Below, piece by piece: positions 1 through 8,610 of a stretch of DNA of 64,000 bases; positions within the stretch are counted from its first letter, which is position 1, and each line of letters opens with the position of its first letter. Location of the stretch: positions 1 to 64,000 of IMG/VR virus record IMGVR_UViG_3300042258_000341; one strand, 5' to 3'. Position numbers and translations under genes: made by a program. The notes below the pieces were generated by a model, which had not been told where the DNA came from, searched no databases, and saw only the letters and a list, made by a program, of their open reading frames with translations. The DNA comes from a virus. Taxonomy: Duplodnaviria > Caudoviricetes.

Positions 1-2
1 TG

Positions 3-164
3 AGAAAGATCATTATGTTCTGTAGAATAAAACTGCAAGATAATTTCCTTTGGATTTCGGAAGAAGAAAGAAAAGAGAATAAAACTTTCCGGGCAAAGAA
101 ATTAAATGTTTATCTCGAAGGCAGAGAGCTTTTGGGTAAATACTTCGATACTCTGTGGGATTAA
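3..164 (+). CDS. 3' end of a hypothetical phage protein (partial)
   Basis: Open frame from the window edge: ...KLNVYLEGRELLGKYFDTLWD-TAA. Confidence 0.55.
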   Translation, partial: RKIIMFCRIKLQDNFLWISEEERKENKTFRAKKLNVYLEGRELLGKYFDTLWD

Positions 165-171
165 AAACACT

Positions 172-384
172 ATGTCTATTTAGGCAATAAAAAGTAAAGA
201 TGATTATTTAACTTTTCAGAAAATTTCAGAAATACAAGTCTTTTCTGGAACCAAACGGAAGGAACTTGTATTTACAAATGTATCAAATGTGGTTTTCTAT
301 CCGGCGGCAAAAATGTTAGAATTTACAGATAACACAACAGGTAAAACTGTTTTTGTTCACAGTCCTTTTATTTTAAAAGAATGA
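172..384 (+). pseudogene. Small ORF (~70 codons) interrupted by an in-frame TAG at codon 4
   Basis: ATG TCT ATT TAG GCA... then open to TGA at 382-384; fills the gap before the amidase. Confidence 0.4.
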
Positions 385-397
385 GGAGAATAAGAAT

Positions 398-919
398 ATG
401 AGAATAGCCCTTGATATCGGACATATGAAATCCGCCCCCGGAGCTGTAAATCACTCCCAGAACCTTTCGGAATTTCAATACAACGAAAAACTGGTAAAAG
501 AAATTGCTGAAAAATTAAAAGCAAAAGGAAATGAAGTGGATATTATTTACCGGGAAAGTTACGGAAAACTCCCCGGACAAATAAATGCTGTAAATCCAGA
601 TATTGCTATTTCTTTTCATTGTAACGCTTATAATACAAAAGCCTCTGGAACCGAAACCCTTTTCTGGCATAAGAGCGTAAAAGGTAAAGCAATGGCGGAA
701 ATTATGCAGAAAGCTCTCGTTTCTGTATTGCAACTCCCAAATAGGGGGATTAAACCTAAAACAGAAGAAGATAGAGGCGGAACCCTTTTAAGGGATGTTA
801 AAGCTCCTATTATTCTCATCGAACCTTTCTTTATAGATAACGACAATGATCTAAAAAAAGCTCAGGACAATCACGATGCTTTTGTGGACGCTATTGTTGA
901 AGCTATTGCACAAATGTAA
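398..919 (+). CDS. N-acetylmuramoyl-L-alanine amidase (Amidase_3), candidate endolysin
   Basis: LDIGH, E, SFHCNA and ILIEPFFIDN zinc-amidase motifs; GAGGAG RBS. Confidence 0.92.
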   Translation: MRIALDIGHMKSAPGAVNHSQNLSEFQYNEKLVKEIAEKLKAKGNEVDIIYRESYGKLPGQINAVNPDIAISFHCNAYNTKASGTETLFWHKSVKGKAMAEIMQKALVSVLQLPNRGIKPKTEEDRGGTLLRDVKAPIILIEPFFIDNDNDLKKAQDNHDAFVDAIVEAIAQM

Positions 920-928
920 CAATTAATT

Positions 929-977
929 TTGTAAATAGGTGTTGTTTTGAGTATATCTGAGCAACACCTATTTTTTT
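929..977 (+). promoter_or_regulatory. sigma70-like promoter (TTGTAA-N17-TATATC) nested in a terminator-like hairpin
   Basis: -35 at 929-934, -10 at 952-957; arms AAATAGGTGTTG (933-944) and CAACACCTATTT (962-973) followed by a T run. Confidence 0.65.
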
Positions 978-994
978 GAAAAGGAAATAAAGAA

Positions 995-1246
995 ATGAAT
1001 TCTTTTACTGAATTTGTTGAAGTGAACGGGCAGAAAATACCATTAAATCTATATCTTGCACACATGAATCGCAAACAACGCCGACAATTTGAAGCTGAAA
1101 GAAAAAAGAAAAATTCACATATAAAAGTTATCCGTGTGGACAATGTTGTCCCGGAAAAAAAGATTTCTATTGAAGAAGAAATCAACAACAATGTTCCGGA
1201 ACAAGTAAATACCTCAGAAGAAGCTACCTTTGCAACCGAAGAGTAA
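995..1246 (+). CDS. hypothetical protein
   Basis: ORF with AAAGGA RBS downstream of a promoter; MNRKQRR motif. Confidence 0.65.
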   Translation: MNSFTEFVEVNGQKIPLNLYLAHMNRKQRRQFEAERKKKNSHIKVIRVDNVVPEKKISIEEEINNNVPEQVNTSEEATFATEE

Positions 1247-1249
1247 CTT

Positions 1250-1666
1250 ATGTCACTATCTGATCCTAAAAACGAACATGAGGTTTTTATTCAGAAAATC
1301 CGATTACATATGGAAATGTTATTCGGACAAGAATTAATTTCTTCTTTCTGTAAAGATATGCTGGTTTTGGGCGATCAAACAGATACGGAAAAAAGAAAAC
1401 AATATAAGGTGGACTCTATTCGTTTCCAACCTTACTCTTTAATCCCTATTCCGGATGAGGAGTGTTTTAAAATTGATTTGTTTATCCACCCTGAAACAAA
1501 TACTCCGTATATCTCGGTATTTGGACATAACAGTGCTTTTTTGCCTCTTGTGGACATACCAATAGAGCAAATGGAAGCTACTTTTGCATCTATTCTTAAG
1601 GGAGCGCAAATTACAGAGAAAGGGGTTAAATTGCCCACAGATTTAAGACCGCCACAAATACATTAA
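1250..1666 (+). CDS. hypothetical protein
   Basis: 138-aa ORF in operon context. Confidence 0.7.
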   Translation: MSLSDPKNEHEVFIQKIRLHMEMLFGQELISSFCKDMLVLGDQTDTEKRKQYKVDSIRFQPYSLIPIPDEECFKIDLFIHPETNTPYISVFGHNSAFLPLVDIPIEQMEATFASILKGAQITEKGVKLPTDLRPPQIH

Positions 1667-1685
1667 GAGACAGGAGAAGATTTTT

Positions 1686-2123
1686 TTGAAAAAGGATTAC
1701 AACGCTCGACTTGAGTTGATAAAACAAATACATAGAAAACAGTATATCGAAAAAATAACAACGGAGCCTGAACCGAATGAAACTCCGGTTGTTTTCCGCA
1801 GGAAGTGTAAAAAATGTGGGAAAATTTTCGAGTCTCCTTTTTTTAACACCCTTAATTGTAAATCCTGTAGGATGCCGAGAGATAAACAATATTATGCTAA
1901 AATCCCTGAATTCTTGCCAGAAATAAGAAAAAACTTCTCGAAAATCTCTTTTACGAAAGAAGATGTTAATCAAGTGTTAGGATTAAGATATCCATTAACT
2001 ACAATACGAAGAGTTCTTTTTTGTATGGCAGAAAAAGGAATCTTGGAAATACAAAAACCTGTGGGGATGTGTCGGGCACAAAGATATGTTCTTATCCAGC
2101 AAGAAAACGCTGATATGTTGTAA
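1686..2123 (+). CDS. Zn-ribbon plus probable winged-HTH protein
   Basis: CKKC...CKSC then TTIRRVLFCMAEKGILE; AGGAG RBS and TTG start. Confidence 0.6.
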   Translation: MKKDYNARLELIKQIHRKQYIEKITTEPEPNETPVVFRRKCKKCGKIFESPFFNTLNCKSCRMPRDKQYYAKIPEFLPEIRKNFSKISFTKEDVNQVLGLRYPLTTIRRVLFCMAEKGILEIQKPVGMCRAQRYVLIQQENADML

Positions 2124-2325
2124 TATATGTAAAGTTTCTTTATTTTCAGAAACACTACAAGAATCTTTGCAAAAACTTTTTTCTTGTCCTTTATGTTCGA
2201 AAGATATAAAAACCCGAGGATCTGTAAACGGTATCGGCTATGCTGTTTATCAATGTTTAATAAAAAAACACGGTCATGATATTGTTTTAATTGAGAAGTC
2301 CAAATTAAATCTGTTAAAAAACTAA
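2086..2325 (+). CDS. small Cys-rich (Zn-finger-like) protein
   Basis: CNIC, CPLC, C...H. Confidence 0.5.
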   Translation: MFLSSKKTLICCNICKVSLFSETLQESLQKLFSCPLCSKDIKTRGSVNGIGYAVYQCLIKKHGHDIVLIEKSKLNLLKN

Positions 2326-2434
2326 TTGTTTTTACATGTTAGGTTATTAAAAAGGAAAAATCAATTTTATACGTGGTAGTAGAAAATGATAAAATTATGT
2401 TCTGTTTTTAACCCTTTCATCAGGAGTAACGTAG

Positions 2435-2845
2435 ATGCTAACAGACATCTTATTGTATGGTTTTTTATTAATATTTAGTTTTGCAGTTGGACTTGTAATA
2501 TCGTATCGGGAGATAAAACACAATGGTTGTAGACATTTTTATGAGGATACTGAACAAATTAATAGACAAGTTCATGACCCCCGAAGACTTAATCTTCATG
2601 AGCTTGCTCTTTGGGTTAGGGATAATGATGCCTCAGTTGTATCAGAAATACTTGAACGGACAAAAGAAATTAGAAACGAAAGAAAACGAAATCGTGTGTC
2701 CGGTTACTGGGAAATTGATGGAGTGTCAGAAACTCCCGGAATTACTACAAGAACTGAAACTTATTCAGAATCAAATGTCGGAATCTCAGATACAAATATC
2801 CGAAGCCGAACTGAAATTAGCCAAAGTGATGAACGTGATATCTAA
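2435..2845 (+). CDS. membrane protein with an N-terminal TM helix
   Basis: CAGGAG RBS; hydrophobic ILLYGFLLIFSFAVGLVISY. Confidence 0.55.
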   Translation: MLTDILLYGFLLIFSFAVGLVISYREIKHNGCRHFYEDTEQINRQVHDPRRLNLHELALWVRDNDASVVSEILERTKEIRNERKRNRVSGYWEIDGVSETPGITTRTETYSESNVGISDTNIRSRTEISQSDERDI

Positions 2846-2945
2846 AGAATATCAGGGACATTGGGATAGATATATGTATGATAAAGATTTAGACCCTTCT
2901 TCCGATGATGATTTTAGACCTACAAATATAAGAAAGAAAAAATGA
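2523..2945 (+). CDS. membrane/coiled-coil protein overlapping the previous ORF
   Basis: TM segment LIFMSLLFGLGIMM plus heptad pattern; stop coupled (ATGA) to 2942. Confidence 0.6.
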   Translation: MVVDIFMRILNKLIDKFMTPEDLIFMSLLFGLGIMMPQLYQKYLNGQKKLETKENEIVCPVTGKLMECQKLPELLQELKLIQNQMSESQIQISEAELKLAKVMNVISKEYQGHWDRYMYDKDLDPSSDDDFRPTNIRKKK

Positions 2946-4348
2946 TAAAGAAATATTCCTCTCTTAAATTTGCAGTTTCTTCCGAAGAACCCGCTGTTTT
3001 TTATCGTGGCGGAGGGCAAGGAAGTATCCCAAGAAATTTAACTTTGTTGGATATTTTGAGATATGAAAAAGATGAGTTGGGTAATGAAGACATTACCGTT
3101 GAACCGGGGATAAATCCGAAAGAAATAACTTCCAACAATTTGATCTGGGTTTGTGAAGATGAAGAGTCTGCAAGCCAATACGGGGAACCGGAATTGATCG
3201 AATTGTATGATTACCAAATAGTTGCAAAAGATTCTGAAGGTGGGTTGTTGATTGAAGATTTAAGCAACCGGAAAACCGGATCTAAAATAGAAGATATGAT
3301 GAATCTGAACAATGAAATAAATTACCCCCCTTACGGGTTTAATACTCTGGATAAGAAATCTTCTTTAACTAAAAAAGATTTTAAACATGATATAGGACAG
3401 AATTTAAAAACAACAAAAAGCATACCCCCTAAAAATATAAAAATATTTGGTGTTTTTGAACCTCAAATTGATTTTTCTTTAGGGGTTGTAACATTTAACA
3501 ATGAAATAGTTTCTGGACATGAAGATAAGAACAAACTATATCATTCTACTTTTAGTGGCAATTTGGGAAGTATTTTACAAGAGGGGATTGTCCCAAATAA
3601 AAAAACCAATTGGGAGAATTGGAGTGAAAAAGGATATTCTTATTTATCTCCAACTCCTTCAGGGGCTTTACAGTGGGCTAAAGATTTATTTGAAGAGCAA
3701 TTAAGAGATTTTGGGGATGTTAAAGAATTTGACGATATTGTTATATTAGAAATAACTTTAGACAACTTCTCTTCAGAAGTGGCTAAAAGACAAGTTCCTT
3801 TCCCGGAAATGACCGAGAAACATTTGGACGATGTAAAATGGTTAGGAACCAAAGTTTCTGTTGTAAAAAAATGTAAGCCGGGAGATAAACAATCCGGGAA
3901 GCCTTGGTGTATTTATAAGCATGATGTAAAGGAACAGCCGAAAGGTTTTCCCAAACATTACCCGACAAAAGAAGAAGCCGAAGAGGGACTCCGGCTTATG
4001 CAAATATATAAACATAAATCTTCCAAAGATTCTTTTTTATACCATGTGACACCCACCAAAAATGTGAAAAGTATTTTAAGGCATGGTTTGCTGCCACATA
4101 AGCCAAAAGATTTTGTGGATGAAAAAGCTGTTTATTTATTCCCTTCTATTTCTTTTGCTGAAGATGCTGTTATGAATTGGTACGGGGGTAGATTTGAAGA
4201 AGATATTCCTTTAACTCTTTTAAAGATATCTAAATTGCAACTGGATTCTTTGGGAATAAGATATTACTCCGGGGACACTCCTTATGAAGTAATTTCTTAT
4301 CAAGCAATTCCCCCGGAAGCAATTCAAATAGGGAAAGAAGATTTTTAA
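2942..4348 (+). CDS. multidomain protein with two ADP-ribosyltransferase-fold (Tpt1/KptA/DarT-like) domains; MIKKYS leader
   Basis: LYHSTFSGNLGSILQEGIVP...SYLS and LYHVTPTKNVKSILRHGLLP...VYLF...IPPEAI. Confidence 0.7.
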   Translation: MIKKYSSLKFAVSSEEPAVFYRGGGQGSIPRNLTLLDILRYEKDELGNEDITVEPGINPKEITSNNLIWVCEDEESASQYGEPELIELYDYQIVAKDSEGGLLIEDLSNRKTGSKIEDMMNLNNEINYPPYGFNTLDKKSSLTKKDFKHDIGQNLKTTKSIPPKNIKIFGVFEPQIDFSLGVVTFNNEIVSGHEDKNKLYHSTFSGNLGSILQEGIVPNKKTNWENWSEKGYSYLSPTPSGALQWAKDLFEEQLRDFGDVKEFDDIVILEITLDNFSSEVAKRQVPFPEMTEKHLDDVKWLGTKVSVVKKCKPGDKQSGKPWCIYKHDVKEQPKGFPKHYPTKEEAEEGLRLMQIYKHKSSKDSFLYHVTPTKNVKSILRHGLLPHKPKDFVDEKAVYLFPSISFAEDAVMNWYGGRFEEDIPLTLLKISKLQLDSLGIRYYSGDTPYEVISYQAIPPEAIQIGKEDF

Positions 4349-5055
4349 TCCAGTTCCGCCAATTTCTTGTGGTTTTTTTCGATCATTTTAGTTTCTTTAT
4401 TGATATTTCTTTTGCAAACCGAAATTCTCCATTTAATACCTTTATTTACAATCTGGATATGTTCCGGTTTTTTCTCAGGATTGTCCCGGATACTGGGGTT
4501 TGTTCTCCAGTAATAACTTTTTTGAAAGACAACCAATTTTTCTTCATCTGATGCTGTAAGAGACTGCTGATAAAATTCTAAATCTTCTTTCTCTTTGGCA
4601 ATAAGCTTTTCTCGCATTTGGATATCTTCCTGAATTTTTTGTTCTTTTGTGAGTTTTTTCATTTTATTCTTAAGAGCTTCGATAGCTGACAGGTCTGTGT
4701 TTTTAGGAAGAGTCGAGCGGGTAATGTAGCGATAGTGTCCTACTTGAATATTATACCCCCCAGCATAGATCATTCGGGTTTCGAAACGGTATTCTTTCGA
4801 ATCTCTTATCACTTTTCCGCTGATTGCCACGACATCCGAGTATTTATTGACACTGATATTTTCTTTAAAGGTATCTTCCGGGAGCAGGTATTTGTTGATA
4901 GACTTCATAAGAGGGATAAGAAGCTCAATCCGGTAAATCTCTTCATCTTTTGCCTTGAAAGGCAGGTTTCTTTTAGCAAGAAACGCTCGATACCTGACAA
5001 CACACTTATCAATATGTTCCTGAGCTACTTGAAGAATTTGTTCGATTGCTTTCAT
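4345..5055 (-). CDS. hypothetical phage protein (AGGYNIQ motif, coiled coil)
   Basis: 236-aa ORF; FETRMIYAGGYNIQVGHYRY. Confidence 0.75.
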   Translation of the reverse strand: MKAIEQILQVAQEHIDKCVVRYRAFLAKRNLPFKAKDEEIYRIELLIPLMKSINKYLLPEDTFKENISVNKYSDVVAISGKVIRDSKEYRFETRMIYAGGYNIQVGHYRYITRSTLPKNTDLSAIEALKNKMKKLTKEQKIQEDIQMREKLIAKEKEDLEFYQQSLTASDEEKLVVFQKSYYWRTNPSIRDNPEKKPEHIQIVNKGIKWRISVCKRNINKETKMIEKNHKKLAELD

Positions 5056-5067
5056 TTTTTATTTCTG

Positions 5068-6282
5068 CTACATCCTAAGTGAACCTAAGTGTTCAACCTT
5101 TAGGATTTCCTGTTTCTTCGATAGGAGGGTAGGAACATTTACCGTAAGTAAATGTTCCCCCGCAAGAACTATCTCCACAGGCTTGAATTCGGGAATAGCC
5201 TTCCCTACAGATTTTGCTTGTGCTTTCAAGTTCAAAGCCGCATTCATATCCCGGTCGTGGGTTGTCTTACAGTTAGGACAAATCCACGTTCGAGTCGATA
5301 ACTCCAACTTTTCGAGCTTGAAACTACAAGAATTACACGTTTTAGAGCTTGGAAAGAATCTATCGACAAGAGTTAAAACGCTTCCGAACCTTTTTGTTTT
5401 GTATTCGAGTTGTCTTTTGAATTCGTTCCAAGACAAGTTAGCAATAGATTTTGCTAACTTGTGATTTCGTAACATTCCGGACACGTTCAGGTCTTCGATC
5501 ACGATTTCTTGCTTGGTTTTCGCAAGAAATGTCGTCAATTTGTGCAAAAAATCTTGTCTACGTTGTCGAATCGTTCTGTAAACCTTAGCTAACCGGGTTC
5601 TTTGTTTCGCTCGATTTTGTGAGCCTTTCTGTTTCTTCGACAAACGGCGTTGTTCTTTCTTGATCCGTTTTTCCAACCTGTTCAAGAACTTCGGGTTTTC
5701 TATTGTTGTTCCATCCGACAACGTAGCGAAAGTTTTTATTCCGAGGTCAATTCCGACAACTTCGTTGTTTTGTATCTTTACGCTCGGATTCGGTAACTCG
5801 TAGCTTACCGAAACAAACCACCTGTCAACATCTTTTGACACAACAAACGAAAGAATCTTGCCTACAAATCTCGGCTGTTCTGCAAGTTTAATCGTTCCGA
5901 TATGCGGGATACGTATTTGTCTGTGTTCCAACAAACATGCTTTGTCGTTCGACAAATAGAACGAATCGTGGATACCTTTCTTCTTGAACTGCGGATAACC
6001 TTTCTTGGTTTTGAAGAAATTGTTGAAAGCTTTCTGTAAATTTGTAAAAGGCTGTTGGTTGCAGTCTTTCGGAGATTCGTAAACCCACGGAAACAACTGT
6101 TCTTTTACAGCATTGAACTGTTTCTTAAGTTTCATCCCGTTCGGTTTGTTCCCGGCTTCGTATTCTTGTTTCCACAAATTTAACGCATAGTTGTAAGTAA
6201 ACCGAGCGACTCCGCAAGCTTTTTGCAACGCTTGCAGTTGTGTCTTGTTCGGATACAATTGTATTTTATGCGTTATATTCAT
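5068..6282 (-). CDS. tnpB: RNA-guided endonuclease TnpB
   Basis: MNITHKIQLYPNK HTH start; RuvC motifs GIDLG, IVIEDL, HDRDMNAALNL; CNSC/CPNC Zn ribbon. Confidence 0.95.
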   Translation of the reverse strand: MNITHKIQLYPNKTQLQALQKACGVARFTYNYALNLWKQEYEAGNKPNGMKLKKQFNAVKEQLFPWVYESPKDCNQQPFTNLQKAFNNFFKTKKGYPQFKKKGIHDSFYLSNDKACLLEHRQIRIPHIGTIKLAEQPRFVGKILSFVVSKDVDRWFVSVSYELPNPSVKIQNNEVVGIDLGIKTFATLSDGTTIENPKFLNRLEKRIKKEQRRLSKKQKGSQNRAKQRTRLAKVYRTIRQRRQDFLHKLTTFLAKTKQEIVIEDLNVSGMLRNHKLAKSIANLSWNEFKRQLEYKTKRFGSVLTLVDRFFPSSKTCNSCSFKLEKLELSTRTWICPNCKTTHDRDMNAALNLKAQAKSVGKAIPEFKPVEIVLAGEHLLTVNVPTLLSKKQEILKVEHLGSLRM

Positions 6283-6424
6283 GCTTGTTAAGCCATTCCT
6301 CCAGAGCTTTCTTAACGATACAAGACATCTTAAGCCCGGTTGTTTCCGACTTCTCACGAAGCCTTTCAACCAAAGGTTCCGGTAACGTATATATGCAACG
6401 AACATGATAATTTTCTTTCTTCAT
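6266..6424 (-). CDS. ribbon-helix-helix (CopG-like) protein, 52 aa, not in the ORF track
   Basis: MKKENYHVRCIYTLPEPLVERLREKSETTGLKMSCIVKKALEEWLNKHEYNA; overlaps the tnpB start. Confidence 0.75.
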   Translation of the reverse strand: MKKENYHVRCIYTLPEPLVERLREKSETTGLKMSCIVKKALEEWLNKHEYNA

Positions 6425-6551
6425 ATCTATATGAATTTCATTATGTTTCTAACAGAAGCCAAATAGTGTTCAAATTTCTTATTTCAATCCCATTTTTTCA
6501 TAATTCAATGTGCTAGGTTGAAACTCCTTTATTTTTAAACTATCTTATATA

Positions 6552-6620
6552 CATATAGTAAAAAAGCAGAAGAAAATTTAACAAAAAAACTTTGAAAAAA
6601 TAAAAAAAAAGAAGTATATC
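6552..6620. promoter_or_regulatory. divergent sigma70-like promoters
   Basis: Minus: TTAAAT(6581-6576)-N18-TATATG(6557-6552); plus: TTGAAA(6592-6597)-N17-TATATC(6615-6620). Confidence 0.6.
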
Positions 6621-6657
6621 TGTTACAAGACCTAAATATAAAGGAGTGTTTCTAAAT

Positions 6658-8211
6658 ATGCTGAATACCGCAATGTTCACCCCCGTAGTTGAAAAGATTA
6701 AGTTCACAAAAGAAGATGATCTTACCGAATTTCAATATGAAGAAGATGTTATTTTCGACAGACCCCTTGTTGTAAGAGGGACTAAAAAACAATTCGTGCC
6801 TTTTCCGGCAATAAATAAAATGCAAGTTTTGTCGGAAGACAGTCTTGAAACAATTATGAACTCTCTGAAGCAAAGTGAAGATTTTGGAAGTATTTATCTA
6901 TCCTCTATTTCCAACCTTGTCCCCGTGGCTGTTGAAGATAAAGGCTTTTGGGTTTCTGTAGCAGAGGAAAACACCGATACGACGAATTATCTGGAACTTT
7001 TCATTCCTTTCGATGAAACAACAATAGCCTTTAAAAGACTCTCAACCCTGCTCAAAATTCCATATTCTTTCAGCAAGAAAAATCCGGGTTCTTTGAACGA
7101 AGAAAATTTTGTATTGTGGAAAGATCGTATCTGTGAGGCTTCCCGGAAAGATATGCCGATTTGTATTATCTATCATAAAACAAATACAATCGAAGTCCCT
7201 ACGGTAAATCCCGAACTTCCGGTTGTTACCTGTAATATAGTAATGACAATTATTCCCGTTGCTTCTGTAAAAAAAGCAGACGGCGGTTCTTCTCTTATAA
7301 AAAAAGAAATTGCCGATCAGGTGCCTATTTTACACACTTTGATTCCTTCCGTTGTAAATGGTTTGAAAAAAGAAATACCGGGTGCGAAAATTATTTTACA
7401 TAGTATTGCAACAGGGTATGATGGTTCGAACCGTGGAGACCATTATGTAAAATTCCTTGTAGATTCTCCGGAATTGAAATGGGTAGTAGGTAACGACGAA
7501 TTCATGCCCACTATTGCTTTAAGAAGTAATTTTACAGGGGAAGATAAAAAAGGTATAGGACACGTATCTATCTCTCTTTCTTTGATGAAACTCGCATGTG
7601 CTAACGGCTTGATGGTTGAAATCCCTGAACAACATATGCAAAATATTCGGGATAACTTTGTAAACAGACTTCTGCAATTGAACAATGTAACTCCTCAACA
7701 TCCGCAATATTCCAAATATTTGTTGAAATACTCTAAACAGTTTAAAAGAAAATTCTCCAATTTCAGTTGCAACATGCCTCTGAATGAAGCTCGGACAAAT
7801 TTCGAAAACTCCGATTTCTTAACCCTTATGAAAGTTTTCTTGTCTTGCAAGGACACAATAATAGAACCAGCTTTGGCGGAATTGAAAACCCCTATGCAAA
7901 ATATCAGGGATGAAGATTTTGTTGAAGTTGTAGAAACTTTCTCTAAGAAAAATAAGTTTAAACCGGAAATGCATAAAGCTGTAATTCTGGAATACCTCGC
8001 TGGAAAACGGGATGGAATCGATGTGTTTCCAAATGCGTATGCTCTTGTAAATTACATGACATATCTCTCCCAAGCATATAACTCCAAAATTCAACAGGAT
8101 ATCGAAAGTAAAGCGGTCTCTTTCGGAAAAGATATTGTAAGTGCTTTGGTTCATAAGGCTCAGTATCGACAAGAAACCCTTTCAAGATATCAGGAAATGT
8201 TAACTAATTAA
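6658..8211 (+). CDS. DUF932/DUF945-like protein
   Basis: LRSNFTG...LMKLACANGLM resembles the DUF932 core motif; AAGGAG RBS before ATG 6658. Confidence 0.5.
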   Translation: MLNTAMFTPVVEKIKFTKEDDLTEFQYEEDVIFDRPLVVRGTKKQFVPFPAINKMQVLSEDSLETIMNSLKQSEDFGSIYLSSISNLVPVAVEDKGFWVSVAEENTDTTNYLELFIPFDETTIAFKRLSTLLKIPYSFSKKNPGSLNEENFVLWKDRICEASRKDMPICIIYHKTNTIEVPTVNPELPVVTCNIVMTIIPVASVKKADGGSSLIKKEIADQVPILHTLIPSVVNGLKKEIPGAKIILHSIATGYDGSNRGDHYVKFLVDSPELKWVVGNDEFMPTIALRSNFTGEDKKGIGHVSISLSLMKLACANGLMVEIPEQHMQNIRDNFVNRLLQLNNVTPQHPQYSKYLLKYSKQFKRKFSNFSCNMPLNEARTNFENSDFLTLMKVFLSCKDTIIEPALAELKTPMQNIRDEDFVEVVETFSKKNKFKPEMHKAVILEYLAGKRDGIDVFPNAYALVNYMTYLSQAYNSKIQQDIESKAVSFGKDIVSALVHKAQYRQETLSRYQEMLTN

Positions 8212-8222
8212 TTTCTCAGAAT

Positions 8223-8260
8223 AAAAGAAGACTTGAATTATCTTTTTCAGGTCTTCTTTT
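8223..8260 (+). terminator. intrinsic terminator
   Basis: AAAAGAAGACTTGAA...TTCAGGTCTTCTTTT. Confidence 0.75.
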
Positions 8261-8334
8261 ATTCTTCTGATATTTTTGTTATCTTACAGTGGAAATAATT
8301 TTAGTTATATTTTTAAATTGAAGGAGACTTAAAA

Positions 8335-8592
8335 ATGCCCGTTTTTAAAGACGCTAAAGGCAACGTAAAAGTAAAAACTTTGACTGCTTCTGAAGCAGTG
8401 ACCGCCCCTGAATTTGCAGGAGCCAGTAAACTCCCATCTTATACTGTTGCAACCCTCCCCGCTGCAAGTGCTGCAAATATGGGGTCTCTTGTGTATTGTT
8501 CTGATGGTGCGGCTGGAAATCCATGTCTTGCTTTTTCTTCAGGTTCAGCTTGGTTGCAGGTGGCAATTGGTTCAGCAGTTTCTGCATCTTAA
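8335..8592 (+). CDS. small Ala-rich virion (head decoration/fibre-like) protein
   Basis: LPSYTVATLP...LVYCSDG...LAFS.G..W pattern typical of small phage structural proteins; strong AAGGAG RBS. Confidence 0.55.
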   Translation: MPVFKDAKGNVKVKTLTASEAVTAPEFAGASKLPSYTVATLPAASAANMGSLVYCSDGAAGNPCLAFSSGSAWLQVAIGSAVSAS

Positions 8593-8610
8593 TAGTAAGT
8601 AGGTGAGAGA

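Larger units (their letters stand above)
5065..6523 (-). mobile_element. non-autonomous IS607-like element (RHH + TnpB, no transposase)
   Basis: Minus-strand flanks AAAGGAG|TTTCAACC...GTAGCAG|AAATAAAAAATG; CACTTAGG direct repeats near the right end. Confidence 0.65.

Noticed and set aside
5068-6282. Cas12-type CRISPR effector
   Set aside because: The size (404 aa), transposon-like ends and absence of an array indicate ordinary TnpB.
6283-6405. 41-aa N-terminal extension of TnpB in the ORF track
   Set aside because: It is the alternate frame of the RHH gene; TnpB homology starts at MNITHK (6282).
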